DNA of 64,000 bases, taken from positions 43,340,001-43,404,000 of the forward strand of contig CM052818.1 of assembly GCA_028534125.1 (NCBI GenBank), in the 5' to 3' direction. Shown here one piece after another: positions 23,726 to 36,908 of the stretch. The stretch comes from Lama glama. Its lineage: Eukaryota. The position numbers and the translations under genes were made by a program. Below the pieces are notes generated by a model. It ran no database searches, was not told the origin of the DNA, and saw nothing but the letters and a program-made list of their open reading frames with translations. The stretch's first letter is position 1; each line of letters begins with the position of its first letter.

Positions 23726-25589
23726 GTGGAATTGGAATGGACTATATACTAGTATATAATATAGTTTATTAATGAGAATTAGGATGGTGAATGTTATATT
23801 GTATTGTTTTCAATGAGCTTGAAATTGATATGAGGGTCCAAGAAATGAAGCTAGCATTAGAATAAAGCATGCAAAATAGCAATACTGGAATTGTTCAGAG
23901 TTCTCTGAGAATTTCCGGGAGACACCAAATTTCATTCAGATTTCTGAAAAGTCTTTTTGAAAGAAGTAATATTTAATGGCAGCTAAGGATTGAATAGGAG
24001 TTAGTTTAACGGACATGGGTGGGTGTGGGAAAGATAATATTTTAGGGGAAGGAATAGTATGGATCACCTCTCCCTATGACTTTCTCTCATCTACAGTCTT
24101 TGGATGCTTTTGATTTCTTAAAAAAAAAAAAAAAAACAAAAAAGGAGAGAGAGAAAGAGAGACTTTTTCAAGGCTGTTCTATATGTGTGTTCATTTAGTC
24201 AGAAGAGTCTCCTGGGCCCAAGGGAAAGGCAGACATAGTTTCAGTGGGATTTCAGAGTAAGGACTGATACACAAACGTATTAGCTGTAGTTTCAAAAGAA
24301 AACACAATATCGAATGGCCCTGTTTCAAACTTCTCAGCTTCATCGAGAAATCCTCGTGTATCAGACACAAAATTGAGGCTAATTTTGTTTTCTTTATATA
24401 AAGTTTTCAAAAGGAAGTGCACTATAGAATTACTCTTATTTATTTATTTTAGCTCTAGTACCTACAAATGGTGCTTATGTTGGGTCTTAGGAAAGTTGTG
24501 TTTTATTGACTTCTTTAACTCTATTTTAATTTTTAAAATTATTAATGTTAATTAAAGAGATTAAAATGGTTAAAATGAATAGCACATAAACAGGAATTTA
24601 AATTTAATTTTACATATATATGCCTTAGATTCTAAGAAAAAGATGTAGGCAATGAGGTGACACAGCTTTATTAAATATGCCCCTAATTCACAAGTAAAAT
24701 ATTACCCCTGTCACTTTTTAGCATAATTGTACTTAAAACTGGGATGTAAAAAATCCCAGACATTGGAATGGAACTAATAAAGTTAAAAGCCTGTTACTTC
24801 AGTCCTGTCATCTTAGTCCTTTCCACACCCTGAAAGATACACTTCATGCAAATCACAATCTTACTACAGTTTATCTGAGGGCCTGAGATAATAAGATTAT
24901 CAATTATGGATCCTGAGTGGGTTCAAGGTTCAAAGCTTGCAAAGAGAACCTAATAGGAGTTGTAACAAGTGCACCCTGGTGTTTGAAATGCAAAATTGTA
25001 CAAAATAATTGGGCAGTGATGAAACGGGACCAACAGAATCCTCATGATTGGGACTAAGGTGATGTATTAAATGCTGTCGTTAGAGGAAACTCAGTGGCAG
25101 CACTGTTGTTTGCCTGTGCAGGAAATTGTGGAACGTTGAGTGAGGGTGAAAAGAAACATTATGGAGACAATGCATACCTTTAGGTGGAGGATACACAGAT
25201 ATTTATATATACACATAAATATCAAGCATAATGATTGGGGTTGGGGTGGGGGCATCCAAAATTAGAATAATTAATTGTTAAGATTCAAAAGAGACACAGG
25301 GAAATGTGACCAGAGAGAGTGTTAAATAATTTTACAACGTATTTACTAGCTGACTTAGAAACAGATCCAAGTTTCCTCACTCTTATCATCTGTGGTCCCC
25401 TTTCATTACTCTTTCTGCATCATATTCTCCATTTGAGTACCTTTCTCTGGATGATTAGAGACCGTAAATATGGCAATTTTAGAGCAATATCAAATTTACC
25501 TTACATGTGTACCATCTTCTCTGGGCCTTAACCTCTGGAGCTGACTTTATAAACTTAAATAGAGGTAATTTAATTTTGACATTCATTTG

Positions 25590-25850
25590 ACATTCATTCC
25601 TTCAACTAATCATCCATTCCCAAAATGTGTATTAAATACCTATCTGCAAGATCTAGTTAAATAATAAAAGACATGAAGAGATGAGACAGATCTGGATCCT
25701 AGTTTTAATGATTTAATGTTCATATAAGCAACTGCCTACAATCCAAAGTAGAAGTAATAAATGCCCTAAGCATGGTATAAAAATGCTATAGTGGAATATG
25801 TAAAGATTTTTCAGAAAGGATCATATTTAAATTGGTTCCTGAGGATGTGT
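25590..25850 (-). mobile_element. L2 LINE 3' fragment
   Basis: cattcattccttcaactaatcatccattccc...tgtattaaatacctatctgcaag is the L2 tail, antisense. Confidence 0.5.
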
Positions 25851-28393
25851 ATAAGTTTAATGTATAAGAGATGTGGGTGTTTTTTTCAGACATTTGGAAA
25901 ATGTGAGCAGACAGAACATCAAGAAAGAATGAGTGTTTGCTGAAATAAAGAATAATTTGCATGGAGGAAATGTGACATATTGGATATTTTTATGTAGAAG
26001 TTCATTTTGAAAAGATCTGATTCCTAAAACACTAGGGCTTTTGAATGTGGAAGCAGAACGTCTTGGATTGGAGTGGATGAAATAGTTCAGCAAGCTAATA
26101 AAAATTTGGGAAGGAGTATTGAAAATCAATTTTTCAACTGTACTTTGTTTTTAAAAATTAAGGCATTATTTGAATACAACAAAATTCAGCCATTTCAAGT
26201 ATACAGTTTGATACATTTAGTAACTGTACAGGATCACTTAGAAATCACAGCAGTTCCCAGTGGTCCCTCAGGTGGTCTGCAGTCAGATTCACGTCTCTTT
26301 AAGGCTTCAAGGAAACCTAAAGACATCCCTTGGATTTCACTAGCACAGCCTTTTCTTATTACATGTAACCATGAAGAACTTAAGCTACACAGCTTAGTAA
26401 AGTTGAAAATAAAGCTTGCCTTCAAAGAAATTAAAAAGTAAGAACGTGAAAGTGACTTTAGTTTACAACTATTTGCTTTGTATGTATGACTTTAATATTC
26501 CAGGCAGTTCTTTCTCAGAAAAAATTAAGTTAGATGTAACTATGTTTAGAGGGCTTCCTTCTCAGAAAAGTAGATTATTCAGCCAGGTTTTTTCAAATGA
26601 CTGTTTAGTCCACAATACTCTTTTTCAAAAAATGCCTCACTATATAATACTTACTCTAAACTATCACACAAACATTGCCCAGTCCCAGTCAGGCCCCCAT
26701 ATTGAAAGTCCTGCCTTAACCTAGACCTCAAAACTTTGTAAATATCCCATCCTGACCTTCCTCTTACAAAAAAGTACTTGGATGCTGTCAAGGTAGTGGT
26801 CTCTGATTTTGTAGCAAACCAGAACCTTGGTTTGTTGATCAACGGGTTATTTTGGTTTCCTTTCATGGTGTCAGCAGCCAATGTTTCATTTTGCTCCTAA
26901 ATGCTACCCTGTCAGGAAGACAGAACAGGTATATTTTATTAGATAAGGAAACTAAGACCAGTCAGGTGATGTGACTTTCTGTCTTTTGATTTTAATCCAG
27001 GGAAGTTTCTACCATGTGAAGCTACTCCCTAAACAATAACATTTCATGTTAAGTGTGAGGAATTCTAGTCCCTAGAAGACCTGAAATTAGTAACTGTACA
27101 TCTTAAAGCACCAACCACATGCCTTACAAATTAGTCTTCTTTTACCTTTTTTAGTTTTTTTCTAAAATTACTCACACAAGGTTACATTCATGTGCATACC
27201 TTTATGGTCCTGAGTTCACTACAGAATAAATTGCATATTCTTATCTCAACGTTTAAGACTCTTCCTAATCTGACCCTCAACTACCCTTTGGTTTCCTCCA
27301 CTTTTCTCTCCCACGATCCTTTCTTAATCTTAACAAATGTGCTCATTCCTACCCCTCAGTGCCAGGTACTTTTAAGTTTCTGTGCTTTTGTTCTCTCCTA
27401 TTAGACATCACTATGCTTATGTCTTATATCTAGCATAAGTCCATTTCACCTCTACAGAACTAAAGGGAAAAAAGCTAGTATTTCAAAATTGTTCAGCTAA
27501 TGATTTATCAACTATATGTGGCTTCAGACAAACAGATTGCTCACTGTAATCCCAGTTGAAGAGGGGTCAGAGAGGGTCAGGAGCAGCATAAAGCCATAAC
27601 TGCTTGCCTTAATCTATTTAATTTCCAGGGAACTCACAGAGGTTAATTCTTCACATTCTTCTTGAGCTGAATGCTGGTAGAATCACACTACTGAAACAAC
27701 ACAGCGGTAAATTCTGAGGCAGTGAATCACTTTATGGGAAATTCTAAACAGCGGTGTTAGAGGACCAAATGGTTTACACAGAAGGGAAACCAACTCTACT
27801 ATTACTTTAATTATTCACCCTATTAACTGTGACAGTGTGGCTTTAAAATCTCTTCATTACTCAGTGTAATTAAGTGGCGCAGCAAGCAAAGGGATGTCAG
27901 AAATCACATTCAGAGAAGACATGCTGTGCGTGATGGAGGACACACTATATATAGACTAAACACTTTAAACAGAATAATTGCTCTCACATCACTTCCCAGG
28001 ATGCCTCACCTGTCTTCTTTTATGTTGCTTTAATTTTTTCAAGTGGAATGTATGCAAATGTGCTACATCAACTTAGCACACTTCCTGGTTCGCAACTCTG
28101 TAAACATAGGCTTTGCCAGTTGAGTAGCTAAGAGTGAAGGGGGAAGTTCAGGATTGTTTGTGCTCAATTGTTGGTGGATAACAATTGAAAGCAAACAAAA
28201 CTCGTGAGAGGAGAAGGGAAAGTAGGAAAAGAGATTATATTCTACAGACGTAAGCCTGGTACATTTCTAATCGGTTGATTGTGGCTTTGAATTTTTTATG
28301 ATTAAAAAATAAGGAATAGGACTGGGAAAACAGAAGAAGTAAAAGATTAGCAGATTGGGAAAAGTTAGATTTTTTTTTAAATACGTGTTATCC

Positions 28394-28660
28394 TTTTTTT
28401 TTTTTAAAGATTTTTTAATTGAGTTATAGTCATTTTACAGTGTGTCAAATTCCAGTGTAAAGCACAATTTTTCAGTTATATATGAACATACATATATTCA
28501 TTGTCACATTTTTTTCTCTGTGAGCTACTACAAGATCTTGTATATATTTCCCTGTGCCATACAGTATAATCTTGTTTATCTGTTCTACATATGCCTGTCA
28601 GTATCTATAAATTTTGAACTCCCAGTCTGTCCCTTCCCACCTCCTTCCCCCTTTGCAATT
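28394..28660 (-). mobile_element. Lineage-specific (camelid-like) L1 3' end
   Basis: Poly-T, then ttgagttatagtcattttacagtgtgtcaaattccagtgt...ctacaagatcttgtatatatttccctgtgccatacagtataatcttgtttatc; related to the element at 2340. Confidence 0.85.
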
Positions 28661-28799
28661 TTAGTTTGTTTTGTTTTACTTTTGTCATATGATGTCGTGA
28701 ACTGTATTACTTTCTGCTTGGGAGAAGGAGCTGCAGAGGTGAAGTAAAAGAGATCTTTATTTAAGTTTATTTTTCTTATTTATTGAGGGTGATATTCTG

Positions 28800-29380
28800 A
28801 CATTATACAATAGCAGAATACACATTTTTCAGCACCTCCAGATGCATACCAGGACAGATTCCACCCCACCATAAAAACCTGAACAAATTTAAAATAATTG
28901 AATTATACAAAGGGTATTTGAGATCTGAGCACAATGAGATCTATCCAAAAATCAATAAATAAAAGATAACAGGAAAGTTTTCAAACACTTGAAACTAAAC
29001 CACCTACTTTTAAATAATCTATGGGTCCCAGAGGAAGACTCAAAAAATGCACTGAACTTAGTGAAAATTAAAATAAAACAGATCAAAAGTAGAGGGACAC
29101 AGCCAAGACAGTGCTGCTGGGGCAGGCATGGAGGTACACCTAGTCGGACAGAGTCCTCTGTGATGATGGAATATTTCTGTATCTTGATTGTGGTGGTGAT
29201 ACCAATAATCTACAGACATAATTAAAATATATGTAACTGCACATGCATACACATTGTTGTGATGTTAAATCCCTGGTTTTGAGAGTGTACCACAATTATG
29301 TAAGAGATACCATTGGAAGAAACTGGGGAAAGGACTCACAGGACCTTATATGACCTTCTCTTCTTCTTCTTTTTAAGAAT
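28800..29380 (+). mobile_element. Old L1 (L1ME-type) fragments: EN region plus 3' UTR piece
   Basis: aatagcagaatacacatttttc...ttgaaactaaaccacctacttttaaataatctatgggtc is the EN region; gtgatgatggaatatttctgtatcttgattgtggtggtg is L1ME 3' UTR. Confidence 0.7.
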
Positions 29381-29385
29381 TATCA

Positions 29386-29600
29386 TATCACTTCAGATAT
29401 ATATATATATTTGAATATATAAATATTCAATACAAATAAAACTACAATACAAATAAAACTAACTAGCTAGCTAACTAATAGAATATTCTCCCCAGTATGG
29501 TTCTCCCACATCGCTCATCCATCTTGATTCCTTGAATTTCTACTCTAGGGGTAGCAAAAATATATATATTTGTATATATAAATATATATTTGAAGTGATA
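29386..29600. other. Complex templated insertion containing inverted copies of 30976-31022 and 30743-30799
   Basis: 29445-29491 matches the reverse complement of 30976-31022 at 41/47. 29502-29558 matches the reverse complement of 30743-30799 at 52/57. The flanks 29386-29404 and 29582-29600 are an 18/19 inverted repeat. Confidence 0.85.
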
Positions 29601-29624
29601 CTATTTATATATATAAACATTAAT

Positions 29625-29812
29625 ATGCATTGACTTAATTCTCATAACAGCAATATGAGCATGTATTATTATTGCCATCACTATTCTGAGTTTGAGAAAC
29701 TGTACAGGAAGAGTAAGTAAATTCCTCAAGATCATAAAATCTAGTAAGCTGTTGAGAAAGAATTTGAACCCAGTAAGTCTGGCTTCAGAGTCTTTGAACT
29801 CTCAGTCACTAA
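29625..29812 (-). mobile_element. MIR SINE
   Basis: ttaattctcataacagcaatatgag...tgagaaactg...gtaagtaaattcctcaagatcata...ctagtaag...aatttgaacccagtaagtctggcttcagagtc. Confidence 0.75.
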
Positions 29813-29850
29813 GTTAGAGCACCTAGAATTCGGTCTAGACTAGAATAAAT

Positions 29851-29903
29851 TTTTTTTTTTACTTTGAAGTATGTTCAGTTTACAATGTTGTGTCACTTTC
29901 TAG
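29851..29903 (-). mobile_element. ~50-bp extreme 3' end of the camelid-like L1
   Basis: T-tract plus ttgaagtatgttcagtttacaatgttgtgtcactttct, close to the reverse complement of 2466-2503. Confidence 0.75.
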
Positions 29904-31079
29904 AGCAGATTTTTAATTAATATTTGTTGATCCAGTGGAAGTGTTGAATTGGCTCCCTGGAAAAGGTGGTTATGTTTTGACTAAGCATATTATAGAGTTT
30001 TCTTACTAGATTAAATATTTTATATATAGAAATAGTTTTACTTGTGAACTATTTTGAGGGCAATAATCTACAAATTAGGACTTAATTATTTACTTATGGA
30101 TGCTAATTTATTTATTAAATCATTCTTATTGGAAATTTATGAAATTATATCCTGAGCATATGGAAAATAAATTTTCCTCATCAGAGCCCATATTAATGAT
30201 CACCAGTGTGATTTAACAAAGCACATCAGTATGCACTTTTTACAAATATCATAGAACCCAGTATACACAAGATTTGCACATACAAACCTAATATTTTATA
30301 AAGTAGCTGAAAAATGTCTATGGCAATCCACAGCTTTATTGTTCAGTATATTCTAAATAATTATTTTCAGCACATTTAATGTGGTGCTCTGGTCTTGGGG
30401 AAATCCAAAGACTTGGCCCAGCCTTGCCTCTGGAAAGCCTGGACCCTGACCCTGCTTTATGGGGCCTCCCGTGACCAGGAGCTTAGAAACATGCTGCTTT
30501 CATTTTTTCCCCATATCTTGGATGCTGTTAATTGAAACAGAATTTAGAAAATATAATTGCCTTCTATGAATGACAACTTTTATTAAATAAAAGCAATATT
30601 AGTGACTTAAGAGCAGTAGGGTTGCTCTTGTTTTATTCAGCTGAGTCCTCTGTGTATTTGGATCTGAAAAGTGGGCCTGGAGCTTCAATTGCAAGTATGA
30701 GCTTGAGAAAAATAAATTATTCTGCATTGTAAGTAGGAAATCTTTGCTATCCCTAGAGTAGAAATTCAAGGAATCAAGGTGGAGGAGGGGTGTGGGAGAG
30801 AATGGAGGACAAACAGACAGAAAGTCCAGAGGACTGAACATTGTTAAATGGTTAAATCCATGAAAACTTCCTATAGCAGGATAGCCAAAACGACACTTGA
30901 AAACAGGTGTTTTACCATCCTATATGCCTTTAGTCAATATTGCAAATGTCAATACATATCTAAAAATCATATTAAGGAGACTATTTTGTTAATGAGCTAG
31001 CTAGTTCGTTTTATTTGTATTGTTACCTATAAATCATGACAGTAGTTGCTTTCATAACTTTGTTGCCAGTGGTGAAGAG

Positions 31080-31240
31080 TGCTGCACTAAGTATCAGGTC
31101 TTGTACATAAAGCCTACGTGATGTATCCCTTTAAATCTTAACAAGGATTCCACCGTATCATCTCCGTTCACTAGTACATAATTGAGATTTGGTGAAACTA
31201 AGGAACTTGTGCAAGTTTACATACATAGTCATTGGCAACC
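31080..31240 (-). mobile_element. MIR fragment
   Basis: tttaaatcttaacaag...tcatctccgttcact...aattgagatttggtgaaactaaggaacttgtgcaagtttacata resembles the MIR core. Confidence 0.45.
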
Positions 31241-33185
31241 ATAGAGGTGAATGCTCAATTTCTTTTACAAGTCAAATGTGAATTAAGGTCACGATTTCTT
31301 TTAATTCAATTTGCTGCACCAGATACTAATGCATATGAGCACTACTTATTTCATACCCATGAGATCTTGTAGATATGATTTGCTGTCTTGAATACCTCTT
31401 TCCCCTTTTCTTTGGCTTGCAAGTTTCTCTGTGTGCTTGAAAACAGGTTTATGAAAAAAAAAACATTTAAATATGATACTGTTTAGAAATTGCCTATAAA
31501 TAAGTCTCTCTCTTCTTTATACTTTGTACATATTTCATTATTGTGGGTACTTTTTTATTGAATATAACTCTGATTATCATCCTGACTTGTTTAGAAGACT
31601 GTGCCCACTTCTGAACCATGAAACACAGAAGACCAAAGACTGAGTCTTTTGGTGATGCACCAGTTAAATATGTGTCAAGTTAGAATGCAGTTGAAATGAG
31701 AAGTGCCCTCAGATTCTACTCTTGTTTGTTAATTATGTCTTGTATGTTAATTATATCAACAAAGTAATAAAGCCCGTGTGTCTGTAACATTTTCCTGTGA
31801 ATTCAAAGGAGAGGAATGAGTTTGTAACCATTGAAGAGCTTTGAAACAGAGGGCATAATTTATTTATGCTTTAATATTATTTTTTCAATTTTGGAAAAGA
31901 TATAATCATGTTTATAAGATACAGTTGTTAAGAATGATAATTTACTGTTAAAGGTCATTGTAAAATTTTAAGCTAATATGGTTAGGAGAAATATTTGTGA
32001 GCACAAAGGAAAGGTAAGAATATTCTCTGCAATAGTCTTTCTTCTGTTATTGTGTTGGAAAATCCTCTCAGGACTCAACTCGGTCAACATCTATAAGACC
32101 TCACTAAATATCCAAGTCTGACACAACTTGACATATACATTTCTGTGTATTTATTTTTGGTTTTCTTCGCTATGTTAGCTCCATGAGAGGAATTTTTTAT
32201 GTCTTGTATAGAATCGTTTCTCCAGCACTTAGAATATTAGTTGGCAAAGGATAAGTATTCAGTGAACACATGACTTGAAATTACATATGTAGATATGATT
32301 GCTTTCTATATAATATTTAATTATGTATTCTAATATGTGATTATATATCTATTATATGTATACCCACACAAAGTATCCACACAAGTTGAGAATTACTTTA
32401 GAACAGTGATGGTGGCCATTACCATAACCCAGCACAAGGTCTGACATTTGTAAATATGAATTGAATGGAATGAAACACAAGTGAGCATCTTATTCAGAAC
32501 ATTTTCCCAGTTTATTTTATGGCTCCCTGTAAATCCAGTACCAAATGTAGTGTGTACCAATTGACCAAAAATATTTAATTCACTGAAAACTCAATAAAAT
32601 AAAAATATTAATATCACTGAAAACTAGTTGAAATAAACTATAACTATTAGGCATCCAGTGATTCATGAGTTGTTGTTTTATTTATATGGATGCTTTACAT
32701 AATTTCCTTACAAACGCCTTTTTGTACTCATATCCAGAAAGGATCTAAGCTTAATCAAATTATTGAATCAATTGCTTTTTATATACCTCTTTTGCTTATT
32801 ATTTACATTTCAAAAAGAATGAATGGCTTCTTATCAAAATGTATCGCTGTAAGTCCATTGTACTGTTTTAAGACTCCAATGGTAGGTTAGGTTTTCCTTA
32901 CGAAAGAAATGGCGTTGATTGCCTCCTTTATTATTCTTTTTTTGAGAGCATAGAGAAAAATTAAAGCATTCAATTGAGATTGATATAATGAGTCTAATGC
33001 TAAAGAACAAAAGGCATATTTTGCTGAAAAAAGCTTTTGTGCTATTAAGCTATATGCTGACAAATAAATACAAATACACATATATTTTGCATACAGAGAT
33101 GCCCCATCAGAAGATAATGTATCCATCAGTCATCTAGTTCAGTGATAGAGACAAATTTTTCAAATATTTAGTCATAATTTGTTAT

Positions 33186-33525
33186 GTTAAAAAGAAAAGA
33201 GGGCAATTCACAGGAAGATGGGAAAAGGGCAAATGTTTGTAAACAAATGTTTGCTGGGCCATGTAGAAACAATGAGACACAGAGAGGGATTTTGACAGAC
33301 ATTGCTAGGTTCCTCCCTGTACAGCACACCTGGTTCATATTATACTACAGATATCTCTGGTGATGATTTCTTCCTGGAATAGGTCCTCTGATCTAAATTC
33401 TGCAACACAGTTAGGAATAAGATCAAATTTCTTCCTAAGTCTTGTGTTTCTTAAAAGCAATTAGCCCCCAAATAATTCTTATGCCAAAGAGGCATATTTT
33501 GGGTGGCAAATTTTTCTTCCTGACA
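33186..33525 (-). mobile_element. MER34-like ERV1 LTR fragment
   Basis: Minus strand starts tgtcaggaagaaaaatttgccacccaaaatatgcctctttggcataagaattattt, the MER34/MER39-group LTR start motif. Confidence 0.7.
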
Positions 33526-33614
33526 GAGGCAAGCTATGTAAAGTGCCTAGCATACTGATTGTCCATGGAATGACTAAGAAGGCTTTTTTTCTTTTCTCTT
33601 TCTTTCTTTTTTTT

Positions 33615-34110
33615 TTCCACCTGTAGGCCCCTGACTTCCTTTTGCTTAGAGCATTCACTTTAGAAAATGTGCGACTGCACATTTTTTCTCTGTCCCTTTG
33701 ATGTACAAATCCTGTTTAAAGCCACTTGCCATTTTTACAATTCAAGACTTTCCTTCTCAGGGACCTGGGGCCATCTCTTTGAAATGTAATCAAGAGAGAT
33801 CACACCGCTATCTCTACATTTTAGTGTAAGGGCGGGAGCCTAACTTTGGTGGGTACCTTTCTCCAAAGGTATAACCATGTCCTGTCTTCAGGATAAGAGA
33901 ATTTACTTTTCCTTTGGGTGAGGTCAGTTAGCAGACACAGGTGGCCTAAAATCCCTCAATCCCAGCCTTTTAAAACTCTCCAGCCCTTTGTTTAACTGGA
34001 GTTGAGCTCAGACTGATTTTGGCCTCTGTTCCCTAATGCATACCCTTAAACAGAGGCTTCCTATGTGTTTATCTTCGTCAGGAGCATTTTTGTTTGTTTG
34101 TTTTTGATAG
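33615..34110 (+). mobile_element. MER67-like ERV1 LTR
   Basis: aggcccctgacttccttttgcttagagcattcactttagaaaa...ggacctggggccatctctttgaaatgtaatc...gggagcctaactt...ttagcagacacaggtggcctaa; subfamily uncertain. Confidence 0.65.
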
Positions 34111-34714
34111 GACTTTCGGCCTTTCAGCTTTGGTTCCTATTCAGTCTTCTTTCTTAGGTGTGACCCTTCATCCTTTGTTCCCAGGAAATTATTTCCCAAT
34201 TTCCAATCCACGTAAAACTCTTCAGGATTTGGGAATGACATCATAGTTTCCAGAAATTTTTTGAAATTCTCTAAATCATACTTAATTCTGCATTTTCCCT
34301 AATACTTCATTTATGCATTTTGAATAATAATGAGGGATCATCGTAACAAACTGAATTGTCTGTGAGAGGGTTACTTTTCAATGGCATTCTATTATATACT
34401 ATTCTATTATAATATATTCTGTTATATGCATGCATAAATATAATGCATAGTTTATTATTATTATGAAGCTATTTTAGAACAGGGTCACATATTCCAATAA
34501 CATGTAAAATCAATCTCTATTTAAAACAGAAGACACTAAAAAAAAGAAAGTATTAAAGTAATCAATGGAATCATTACAAATTAAAGGATAGCACAAGTAT
34601 TTAAAATGTATTCCTAAGGTGAAATTTTAAATTGGATCCCCCTATACCCGTGGTCCTCATTTTCTTTTTAACAATGAAAATATTATCTGCTTGTTCTGCT
34701 TTTGGTTTTGCCAC

Positions 34715-35178
34715 TGTGGAAAGGGAATGCTGCCTGTCATTTCAGTAAACAAGGAATGTTGCCCACCGTCAAGCCATCAGGCACTGCAGCTGCCCGTGGT
34801 GGTGTGCCCTGAGGAGAACTCAGGATGGAGAATAGGAAGCATCCCCTGCTCTGGAAACTGCTGCCCGAGGTGCATGTCTAAGGGATAATTTCAGTGAGCC
34901 CAGATTCTTGCATCTTCCCATACCTAGAAAAGCACAAAAATCATGAATTTGAGATGTCTGATTTTGGTGATTAACAATACTCTTTTGATGATTTTATTCT
35001 CAGCAAAAAAAAAAAAAAAAAAAAAAGAACCCTTATATCTCCTGGCTCCTCCCTTATCTCTTTGGAGCAGTTCCTCAGAGCTATTTGAAAGGCTGCCTCC
35101 TGGGCTGTAGTCCTCAGTAAGGTCCCCAAATACAATTTAACTCACAACTTTATGTTGTGCATTTTTCTTCATTCAGAA
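34715..35178 (+). mobile_element. ERV1 solo LTR (laurasiatherian type) with 4-bp TSD ccac
   Basis: Starts TGTG after ccac (34711-34714) and is followed by ccac (35179-35182). TATA-like ccttatatct is present. Shares cagtaaacaa.gaatg, tcaag.catcag, cccata..tagaaaagc and ttgagatg.ctg.tttt with the LTR at 63067-63523. Confidence 0.8.
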
Positions 35179-35639
35179 CCACCAAAATAAGCACTGCTTT
35201 TGCTAATATAAATTTTGATCAGTTTCTGATTTCACTTTGAAGTATTTCATAAAGAAATTCCTATCATCTTCTCTTTGTATTTCTTTTGTTGATGTGTTTT
35301 CAAAGAACGCTATTGACAGAAAATTTGAAGACTCACTGTCTGAAAAAAGGTTACAGAGCATGTTTGGGTAGTTGGGTAACATTGATTAGGAACAACCTAA
35401 CATTCAGATTTCCTGGCATGGTTAAGAGCATCTCACAGAATCATGTCAAAACTGCCAATTTACGGACATATTTTGCTTCCAAAACTTGTAGCTTCTTGAA
35501 ATACCATTTATAGAATTTCTTTAAAGAATGCTATGCATGTATTATGTTTATATGTATTTTATTTGTAAAAAATGACTCACTGTTTGCATCAATCATAGCC
35601 AGCTCACATCTCCTATGACAGCCGAAAGAGTGAGCAGAT

Positions 35640-35924
35640 CAGGTATTGGCTAACCACAGCCCCCTTATTTTTGTATGTCCTACATGCTAAGACTATTTGC
35701 ACATTTTTAAATGGCTGAGAAAATTCAAGAGTAATATTTCATGATGCTTAAAACCTATATAAAACTCAAATTTCCATGTTTATAAACTTTTCTTAAAACA
35801 AAGCCATGCCCATTCACTTACGTATTGTCTGTGATGCAAGGGCAAAGCTGAGTGGTTGCAGCAAGGACCATAGCCTAAAATATTTACTGTCTGGCCCTTT
35901 ACAGAAAAAGTTTGCTGACCCCTG
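35640..35924 (+). mobile_element. MER58B (hAT-Charlie MITE)
   Basis: caggtattggctaac... through agcctaaaatatttactgtctggccctttacagaaaaagtttgctgacccctg. Confidence 0.9.
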
Positions 35925-36376
35925 GACTAAGTTATGCCCACTTCTCTCATGTACTCTGTCCTTGTTCTGGGAAATATCAGCCTTAACCTTTGACTTTGTA
36001 AGTAGCTCTTCCTTTTGCCTTGACATCAGCAGGGGATTCCTTCAAAGCAGTAATGATTCTGTGTTCTTATAATAGGGAAACTGTGAAACTTTTGTCTCTT
36101 TTTATAATTTCTGGACTGATTTTCCTCAGAATTTGGGATTCAGAAATACATGTTCTGAGAAACGCTGGGAAGGAATTCCCAAATGGAAGCACTGTTCTCA
36201 GACAGGCAGCCGGTTCTATTGGACCTGTCTAGATGGAGGCTTCTCTCCCCTCTGCAGACAGAATACATGCAGAACAAGAGGGGACCCTGATCTGAAGTGC
36301 TGACGTTTCCACACTGGGTTGCCTGTGTCTCCTTTAATCTTAATCACAGGACTTACTGTAAAAAAAACAAAATCGA

Positions 36377-36387
36377 TCAATCTATCA

Positions 36388-36448
<61 letters not shown>

Positions 36449-36491
36449 CCTATCTACCTACCTACCTACCTACCTACCTACCTACCTATCT
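36377..36491. repeat. (TCTA)n-(CCTA)n compound tetranucleotide microsatellite
   Basis: Long run of tcta units followed by a run of ccta units. Confidence 0.95.
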
Positions 36492-36550
36492 CCTTGTCCT
36501 TTATTTAAGCAACAACAAAAACAAAAACACCCATCATTCTATTTAGGTAG

Positions 36551-36908
36551 TGCAATAGATTGAATATGCTCCCCCAAAATTCACATTTTGAAAACTAGTC
36601 CCCAGGGTAATGGTATTTGGAGGTTCTTGCTTTGGGACATAATTAGTTCATAAGAGTGGAACCACCATGGCTGGAATTAGTGACCTTGTAAAGAGACTCC
36701 AGAGAGGTCCTCAGCCCTTCAGCCATGTAAGGACACAAGAAGATGGCAGTGTGCAGTCCAGAAGCAGCTCTGACCAGACGCAGAATCTGCCAGTGCCTTA
36801 ATCTTGGATTCTCCAGCCTCCAGAAATATAAGAAGTAACTGTCTGCTGTTTCAGTCACCCAGTCCATGGCATTTTTGTTATAGTAACAAAACTGAACAGG
36901 CTGAGATA
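36551..36908 (+). mobile_element. MLT1A0-like MaLR solo LTR with 5-bp TSD
   Basis: tgcaatagattgaatatgctcccccaaaattcacattttgaaa...gccatgtaaggacac...ccagcctccagaa; flanked by ggtag (36546-36550) and agtag (36909-36913). Confidence 0.9.

Noticed and set aside
24250..24370. Minus-strand protein-like frame VSDTRGFLDEAEKFETGPFDIVFSFETTANTFVYQSLL
   Set aside because: It has no good splice acceptor and no recognisable homology. It may be conserved non-coding sequence, but that cannot be shown here.
25237..25252. G-rich motif ggggttggggtggggg as a G4
   Set aside because: It has only three G-tracts.
32567..32625. 25-bp imperfect direct repeat aaaaatatt..tcactgaaaact
   Set aside because: This is an ordinary small tandem duplication with no further structure.
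36297..36563. ORFs with IYLS/TYLP repeats
   Set aside because: These are translations of the (TCTA)/(CCTA) microsatellite.
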